Assembly: GCA_963762565.1 (NCBI GenBank)
Contig: CAVXLD010000005.1
Location: 128,001-192,000, forward strand
Direction of reading: 5' to 3'
Origin: an uncultured Verrucomicrobiae bacterium
GTDB lineage: Bacteria > Verrucomicrobiota > Verrucomicrobiia > Chthoniobacterales > JAFAMB01
Length of the DNA stretch: 64,000 nt
The notes beneath the pieces were generated by a model. That model was not told the origin of the DNA, made no database searches, and worked only from the letters and a program-made list of their open reading frames with translations. This document shows positions 58,385-64,000 of the stretch, one piece after another (the first letter of the stretch is position 1; each line of letters begins with the position of its first letter). A program made the translations under genes and the position numbers.

Positions 58385-59083
58385 TTACAGCTCGGAGGCG
58401 ATGCGCAAAAAAGCCTCCCTAGGATCGGGCGAGGCGGTAATAGGACGGCCGATTACCAGATAATCGGCGCCTAGTTTGATTGCTTCTGCGGGGGTGGTAA
58501 ACCGTTTCTGGTCACCTGCGGCTGACCAAGTCGGGCGAACGCCAGGAGTGACGATCACAAACGCTTTGCCGAACTCTTTCCGCAACGCTTCCAATTCCAG
58601 CGGACTCGCGACCAGGCCGGTGATGCCCGTTGTTTTTGCGAGAGTCGCCAGGGCGATAACCTGTTGGGTCATCGATCGATTGACACCTATTTCTGAAAGC
58701 GTGGCTTCTGTCTGGCTGGTTAGAACGGTCACACCAAGGAGCAGAGTAGAATTGGACCCTCGACCTTTTAGCGCAGCGTGACATACCTCAGAGCCTCCGG
58801 AGAGATGGATGGTCAGCATGTCGACACCTAAACCGCAGGTGGATTCAACCGCAGCTTGCACCGTGTTTGGAATATCGTGGAACTTTAGATCGAGGAAGAC
58901 CTTTGCGCCGGACGATTTTACTTCTTGGACGAAGGGCGGTCCACCCAAGCTGAAGAGCTGTAGACCGATCTTGTACCAGGAAACCCCTTGGCCGAGGACA
59001 GAGATCAAATTGCGCGCTGCGGCGACCGAAGGGAGATCGAGCGCGACAATAATTTTATCTTTCGTTGTTACAGATTCTTCCAC
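58385..59083 (-). CDS. pyrF: Orotidine-5'-phosphate decarboxylase
   Basis: IVALD, YKIG, FLDLKFHDIPNT, VTPGVR, DQKR and VIGR. Confidence 0.96.
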   Translation of the reverse strand: MEESVTTKDKIIVALDLPSVAAARNLISVLGQGVSWYKIGLQLFSLGGPPFVQEVKSSGAKVFLDLKFHDIPNTVQAAVESTCGLGVDMLTIHLSGGSEVCHAALKGRGSNSTLLLGVTVLTSQTEATLSEIGVNRSMTQQVIALATLAKTTGITGLVASPLELEALRKEFGKAFVIVTPGVRPTWSAAGDQKRFTTPAEAIKLGADYLVIGRPITASPDPREAFLRIASEL

Positions 59084-59096
59084 AGGGTGATTCTGT

Positions 59097-59933
59097 ATGC
59101 GGATCGCGACGCCGGCGAAGATAAATCTCACACTCGAAGTACTTGGGCAAAGACCGGACGGATTTCATGAGCTGGCGACATGGATGATCCCGATTGGTCT
59201 CTATGACGAGTTAGCGATGGAGTTGGCGTCCGAGATGAGCTACGACACGAACCTTCCGAGCCTGCGGTTCGACTGTTCAAATCTCGTTCAGCGAGCGATC
59301 GAGAGATTTCACGAAGAGACTGGTCGGACAACCGCTTATCGGATTGATTTACGCAAAGAGATTCCCATCGGCGCCGGGTTAGGCGGTGGGAGCAGTGATG
59401 CTGCCGCCGCTTTGCTCTTGTTGAATGGGTTGCATCAAAACCTGCTGCCAGAGGAGAGGCTGCTTGGGCTCGCGGCGGGGTTGGGGTCGGATGTGCCGTT
59501 CTTTTTGAGGCGGCGTTCTGCCTGGTGCACAGGCCGGGGCGAGAAGATGGAAATTCGGGAATTTCCAAACGATCGTTGGGTGGTTTTGATTAAGCCGGAA
59601 TTTGGGGTTTCAACAGCGGCGGCTTACTCGGCCTATAAGGCGTTGCCGGCGGACCAGAAACGAGGACAGACCAAGGAAACGGAGTGGGGACCTATACGCA
59701 ACGACTTGGAGCAACCGGTATTTCAGAAATATCTGCTATTACCCGAGATAAAGAGTTGGTTGGAACAGCAGCCGGAGACTGAAGTAGCTTTGATGTCGGG
59801 ATCTGGTTCCACCCTGTTTGCAGTCGTAAAGAGCGATGACGACGGACAGCAGGTAAGTTACCGCTTTTCGTTATTCTTCGGGTTCAAGTTTTGGATTCGC
59901 GTATGCAGGCTCAATCCGCGCGAACTCGCGTGA
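59097..59933 (+). CDS. ispE: 4-diphosphocytidyl-2-C-methyl-D-erythritol kinase
   Basis: PAKINL, DGFHEL, IPIGAGLGGGSSDAA, GSDVPFF and MSGSG. Confidence 0.96.
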   Translation: MRIATPAKINLTLEVLGQRPDGFHELATWMIPIGLYDELAMELASEMSYDTNLPSLRFDCSNLVQRAIERFHEETGRTTAYRIDLRKEIPIGAGLGGGSSDAAAALLLLNGLHQNLLPEERLLGLAAGLGSDVPFFLRRRSAWCTGRGEKMEIREFPNDRWVVLIKPEFGVSTAAAYSAYKALPADQKRGQTKETEWGPIRNDLEQPVFQKYLLLPEIKSWLEQQPETEVALMSGSGSTLFAVVKSDDDGQQVSYRFSLFFGFKFWIRVCRLNPRELA

Positions 59934-59945
59934 GGCTCGTTCGCG

Positions 59946-60060
59946 AATAGCAAATCGCAAATAGCAGATTTTGCCATTTGCTATCTGCTATTTGCTATCT
60001 GTCATTGCCGCGTAGCGGCTCGCCTCGCCCTACCAGAATCCTTGAACTCCTCGAACTTCT
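59946..60060. repeat. Inverted GCAAATA arrays, collapsed split-REP end and GAACTCC array
   Basis: atagcaaatcgcaaatagcaga...ttgctatctgctatttgctat; ggctcg-cctcgccctacc at 60017-60034. Confidence 0.75.
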
Positions 60061-60077
60061 CCCGTAACGATCTGGCC

Positions 60078-60893
60078 ATGTCGACTCCTCGTTCACTAGG
60101 GTTAATTGCCGGGAATGGGATCTACCCGTTGCTGGTGGTACGAGCGGCGCGAGAGCGAGGCGTGCAGAAGATTTATGTGGCGGCATTCGAGGGAGAGACT
60201 CGACCGGAGATTGCTGAGGGCGTTGATTCGGTCGAGTGGATGCGCGTGGGGCAACTCGGGCGGTTATTGAACTATTTTACCCGGGGGGGTGTTCAGCATG
60301 CGATGATGGCCGGCCAGATCGCGCCGAAGAACCTGTTCGAGCTACGACCTGATCTGAAAGCGCTGGTGCTTTTGGGCGGATTGAAGACTCGAAATGCTGA
60401 AACGATTTTTGGCGGGATTGCAGGCGAGTTGGCGAAGGTAGGCGTTACGTTGCTGCCTGCCACTACTTTTCTTGAAGATTCATTGGCGGGGAAGGGTTGG
60501 TTAGCCGGTCCTAAACCGAAGCGGCGCGTGATCGACGATGCAGAATACGGATATCGGGTGGCCAAGGAAGTAAGCCGGTTAGACATTGGGCAAACCGTGG
60601 TGATTCGGCATGGGACCGTCGTGGCGGTTGAGGCGTTCGAGGGTACCAATGACGCGATTCGTCGGGGCGGAGCGTTGGCTAAAGGCCAAGCGGTGGTGGT
60701 GAAGGTGTCGAAACCAAATCAGGATTTTCGCTTTGACGTGCCGGTTATAGGGTGCCAGACCATCGATGTAGCAGCCGAAGCTGGGGTCAAGATGCTTGCG
60801 GTTGAAGCTGCCCGGACGTTGTTGCTTGATAGCCTTGCGGTTAAGGCATTGGCTGATCGGAGCCAGATCACTATTTACGGTATAGACGAATGA
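60078..60893 (+). CDS. lpxI: UDP-2,3-diacylglucosamine diphosphatase LpxI
   Basis: LGLIAGNG.YP, DIGQTVV, AVEAFEGT and KP.QDFRFDVP.IG. Confidence 0.92.
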   Translation: MSTPRSLGLIAGNGIYPLLVVRAARERGVQKIYVAAFEGETRPEIAEGVDSVEWMRVGQLGRLLNYFTRGGVQHAMMAGQIAPKNLFELRPDLKALVLLGGLKTRNAETIFGGIAGELAKVGVTLLPATTFLEDSLAGKGWLAGPKPKRRVIDDAEYGYRVAKEVSRLDIGQTVVIRHGTVVAVEAFEGTNDAIRRGGALAKGQAVVVKVSKPNQDFRFDVPVIGCQTIDVAAEAGVKMLAVEAARTLLLDSLAVKALADRSQITIYGIDE

Positions 60894-61867
60894 ATCAATC
60901 CATCCGAGTCGGAGTGGTGGGAGTTGGGAGTATCGGGAAGAATCACGCTCGAATTTGCGCTGCCACAAAAGAAGCTAAGTTCGCCGCGATTTACGACACG
61001 AATAGTGATGTAGCGAGGAGTATCGCCCGGCAATACAACGTGCCCGTAGCCGGTTCGTTGGATGAGTTCATTCCGTTGATCGACGCAGCGACGGTCGCCA
61101 CTCCTACTGATACCCATTACGAGATTGGACGCCGTTTGTTGGAAGCGGGCAAGCATCTGTTAATTGAAAAACCAATCACGGAGACGCCAAAAGAGGCTGA
61201 AGAGCTGGTGCGCTTGGCCCGGGAACGCTCGCTGATCTTACAAGTTGGTCATGTAGAGCGCTTCAACCCGGTTATGAGCGCACTGCAAGAACGACTCACG
61301 AGACCGGTATTCATTGAGGTGCATCGACTGTCGCAGTATCCGTTCCGTAGTCTTGAGATCGGGGTAGTGCTGGATCTGATGATCCATGATCTCGAGATCA
61401 TCCTGCATTTGGTGCGCTCCCCAGTGAAGAGTATCGACGCGGTGGGTTTACCGGTGCTCAGTAAAACCGAGGATATAGCGAATGCCCGGATCCGTTTCCA
61501 AAGTGGGTGTGTTGCAAATCTAACCGCTAGCAGGATCAGCCCGGAAAAGATGCGTAAGATCCGGGTTTTTCAAGGGGAGCCCCAAGCTTATCTATCTTTG
61601 GACTATCAAAATCAGGCTGGTGAAATCTATCGTTTGGCCAACGGACAGATAACTCGCGACAAAGTTCCCATTGAGAGAGATGAACCCCTGAAACGGGAGC
61701 TGCAGTCTTTTATTGATTGTGCGAGCCGCGGTCAACAACCGTTGGTGTCAGGGTACGAAGGGACCGCCGCGCTCGAACTTGCGATCCAGATCACGGAGTT
61801 AGTGGAAGAGAATTTGAAAGTGGTACGCGCGGGGGGAGAGGGAGGGTCAGAGCAGCGTGAGAGGTGA
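60890..61867 (+). CDS. Gfo/Idh/MocA oxidoreductase (GnnA-like)
   Basis: GVGSIG, EKP, GHVERFNP, DLMIHDL and TASRIS; lies between lpxI and lpxB. Confidence 0.85.
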   Translation: MNQSIRVGVVGVGSIGKNHARICAATKEAKFAAIYDTNSDVARSIARQYNVPVAGSLDEFIPLIDAATVATPTDTHYEIGRRLLEAGKHLLIEKPITETPKEAEELVRLARERSLILQVGHVERFNPVMSALQERLTRPVFIEVHRLSQYPFRSLEIGVVLDLMIHDLEIILHLVRSPVKSIDAVGLPVLSKTEDIANARIRFQSGCVANLTASRISPEKMRKIRVFQGEPQAYLSLDYQNQAGEIYRLANGQITRDKVPIERDEPLKRELQSFIDCASRGQQPLVSGYEGTAALELAIQITELVEENLKVVRAGGEGGSEQRER

Positions 61868-61971
61868 GAAGTGAGAAGTGATTGGTGATTGGGTAGGGCG
61901 TGGAGCGATGGCCAGGTTGGCTTCGTTCTCCGTTCCCGGCGTTGCCGGCGAATGACGGCGATGACGGCGTT
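61857..61971. repeat. GTGAGAG/TGATTGG arrays and GTTGCCGGC/ATGACGGCG nonamer array
   Basis: Array contains the upstream stop codon; the nonamer family also occurs at 6376-6393 and 38491-38589. Confidence 0.8.
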
Positions 61972-62010
61972 CCTACTTGCAACTCGCGTTGTCCACGCCA
62001 ACTGATAGTT

Positions 62011-63138
62011 GTGAAGCTTTACATTATTGCTGGTGAGTCCAGTGGTGATGGCCATGCCGCGGTGTTGATGAGCGAACTGCTAGCGATCGCGCCGGAGATT
62101 GAGTTCTACGGTGCTGGCGGCGCCAAAATGCGGGAAGTGGGTGGCTCACACATCTTTGACTGGACGCAGGAAGCGGTTGTCGGGCTCTGGGATGTCCTAA
62201 TGAAATACCCGTACTTCCGAGGCCAGTTCTACCGGATGTACCATGAGATTGTCGACTTACAGCCAAGTGCTGTGATTTTTGTGGATTATCCGGGCTTCAA
62301 CCTTCGACTGGCTCGTTATCTTCACCGGAAAGGGTTCCCCGGAAAGAAGATTTATTATATTAGTCCGCAAGTTTGGGCCTGGAACCAGGGTCGGATCCCG
62401 AAGATGTCCTGCTTCCTCGATTTAATGTTATGCATCTTTCCGTTCGAAAAGCCACTGTATGAAGCCAGCGGACTGCGCACTGAGTTCGTGGGACACCCCA
62501 TGCTGGCGCATCTTGAAAAACGGAGAATTTCTGCGACCCGGGATCAAAAGTTAGTCGGCCTGCTTCCCGGTAGCCGGGAGCGAGAGGTTCGCCGGATCCT
62601 CCCCACTATGTTAACCGCGGCGTTGTTACTCAAGCAACGGGAAGCTGCACTGCACTTTGAGGTGTCAGCTGCTTCCGAGAAAATGACCGCTTTGATCAAG
62701 AGAATCGCGGCTACCGCCGAATTTACCGAGCTACCCATCAGCGTGGGTGATGCTTCGGGGCTTATGCAACGCGCTGCTGTGGGAATGGTGGCCTCGGGTA
62801 CCGCTACGATGGAGGCGAGTTTTTTTCGATTTCCTTTTGTACTGATCTATAAGGTGTCCTGGTTGACGTTTATTCCAGGGCGGTTGCTGGTCCGAGTTCA
62901 ACATCTCGGTATGCCGAACATTCTTGCGGGCCGCACGATGATCCCGGAGTTTATCCAACATCAGGCGCGTCCGGAAGCGATTGCGGACGCAGTTTGGCAG
63001 CTTTATAGCGATGAGTCCTATCGGGATTCCATGATCCGCGGTATGGACGAGGTAATTTTGCAACTCACCGAAGTAGAAGCTGGCCACCGGGCAGCGGAAG
63101 TAATTTTACATGAATTAGGTACCCCAGCGCTGAAATGA
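62011..63138 (+). CDS. lpxB: Lipid-A-disaccharide synthase
   Basis: IAGESSGD, VDYPGFNL, YYISPQVWAW, FVGHP, LLPGSR and SGTATME; GTG start. Confidence 0.96.
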   Translation: MKLYIIAGESSGDGHAAVLMSELLAIAPEIEFYGAGGAKMREVGGSHIFDWTQEAVVGLWDVLMKYPYFRGQFYRMYHEIVDLQPSAVIFVDYPGFNLRLARYLHRKGFPGKKIYYISPQVWAWNQGRIPKMSCFLDLMLCIFPFEKPLYEASGLRTEFVGHPMLAHLEKRRISATRDQKLVGLLPGSREREVRRILPTMLTAALLLKQREAALHFEVSAASEKMTALIKRIAATAEFTELPISVGDASGLMQRAAVGMVASGTATMEASFFRFPFVLIYKVSWLTFIPGRLLVRVQHLGMPNILAGRTMIPEFIQHQARPEAIADAVWQLYSDESYRDSMIRGMDEVILQLTEVEAGHRAAEVILHELGTPALK

Positions 63139-63281
63139 TTATTAGTATTGAATTAATCTACTTCGACCCTTAGGATGCCGTCACTTTGGCCCTGTGACGT
63201 GGTTACGGTTAGGTGGCAAGACTGGAATAAGTACAATTTTTGCAGTGACTCATCTGCTAGCAGTACTGAGGAGTTTGCCTT

Positions 63282-63665
63282 GTGAATAGGATCGGCTGTT
63301 CTATCAATCGTGAAGTTAAAGTAGCTAGAGACGACGGCAGCTTTTTTCTGCAGCGTTCAATCTGTTCGATTGAGCTGAAGTTCGAGGTTGAAACCGAAGT
63401 TTTCATCGCCATCGCCTGGCACACCGGAGCCAAGTTATTGGGCCACGGCCGCAAAGAATGGAAATCCGATAGTTTGGCCAAGGCAATTAAGGAGATGCGC
63501 GAGTATGCCCCTACTCCAGAAGTGCCTTACGCGGCCTGTCTCATGGATATCTTGGCTCAGTTGCCGTTGAATGTCGTGAAGTTTAATCCAGACGAAGCCG
63601 GCGAGAACGCAGGTACTGCAGCTCAGGATCAATCTGATATTCAGCGATCGTCTTCGGCTTCTTGA
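63282..63665 (+). CDS. Hypothetical protein
   Basis: 127 aa ORF with GAGGAG RBS before a GTG start; no recognisable motif. Confidence 0.6.
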   Translation: MNRIGCSINREVKVARDDGSFFLQRSICSIELKFEVETEVFIAIAWHTGAKLLGHGRKEWKSDSLAKAIKEMREYAPTPEVPYAACLMDILAQLPLNVVKFNPDEAGENAGTAAQDQSDIQRSSSAS

Positions 63666-63740
63666 AAACCTGATCGCCCCTTGCTAGCGAGGGGTCCCGC
63701 GGCCGCGGGATGTGCCTAGGCATTTTGCACGAATTAATCT

Positions 63741-64000
63741 GTGGACGAGTATAAGCAGTTTGTTGAGTCGCTGTGGGCGCCTTGGCGGGTCGAATATTTC
63801 GAACGGCGCGAACAGGACCAAGATTTCCTCGAGACGGCGGCGCATACTTCTAACGACGCCGAGCATCTAGTGGTTTACCGAAGAAAGAGCGGGTTTCTGA
63901 TCATGAATCGTTACCCATACTCAGTAGGGCACTTGATGGCTGTGCCGTATCGAAAAGTGAGCGAGCTCGAGGCTCTGACGCCAGCAGAACGCTGCGAATT
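63741..64000 (+). CDS. HIT family (Ap4A hydrolase/phosphorylase-like) protein, runs off the window
   Basis: Manual translation from GTG 63741 gives LWAPWR...IMNRYPYSVGHLMAVPYR; not in the ORF track because it is truncated. Confidence 0.88.
   Translation, partial: MDEYKQFVESLWAPWRVEYFERREQDQDFLETAAHTSNDAEHLVVYRRKSGFLIMNRYPYSVGHLMAVPYRKVSELEALTPAERCE

Noticed and set aside
2525..62010. N-terminal extensions in the ORF track (2653, 4376, 13092, 17454, 27217, 37070, 45824, 49837, 59131, 60042, 61900)
   Set aside because: The extensions run through repeat DNA or neighbouring genes, and better starts that match family N-termini lie downstream.
1..64000. tRNA, rRNA, prophage, autonomous IS or defence systems
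   Set aside because: No cloverleaf or rRNA signatures, and no transposase, integrase, RT, nuclease or phage genes were recognised by eye.

Overview
A bacterial chromosomal segment of moderately high GC, most plausibly from a Verrucomicrobiota (Spartobacteria/Chthoniobacterales-like) soil organism. That taxonomic call is an inference from gene types such as lpxI, archaeal/eukaryote-type proS and hpnH-shc, and was not tested. The first ~31 kb is a patchwork of accessory genes: a sulfite-oxidase-family molybdoenzyme, a beta-lactamase-fold protein lacking the SxxK motif, MFS transporters, a PNGase A-family amidase, a cytochrome c, methyltransferases, a sugar ABC operon with an SDR and an FAD oxidase, a Ser/Thr kinase-pseudokinase-FGE receptor coupled to a c-type-heme DUF3365-like sensor, a ThDP decarboxylase, and SIMPL and GyrI-like proteins. 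The last ~33 kb is mostly housekeeping: proS, trxA, tatA, purA, uppS, a sigma54 regulator, mfd, a SurA-like PPIase, rodA, thiG, ald, serA, shc, hpnH, pyrF, ispE, lpxI, a gnnA-like gene, lpxB and a HIT hydrolase. I saw no rRNA, tRNA, CRISPR array, integrase, transposase or reverse transcriptase. The most striking signal is non-coding. Most intergenic gaps hold a mosaic of more than a dozen families of 7-10-nt tandem micro-repeats, ~30-nt palindromic REP-like units inserted inside them, and longer hairpin elements. One family has an almost invariant head GGTAGGGCGAGGCTCCC, a length-conserved but strongly diverged 69-72-nt core, and a tail GCCGAGCC; it often occurs as inverted pairs. These repeats also supply stop codons, enter coding sequence in frame, and appear to have rebuilt an ABC ATPase/permease junction. 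No mobiliser for them is encoded in this window.
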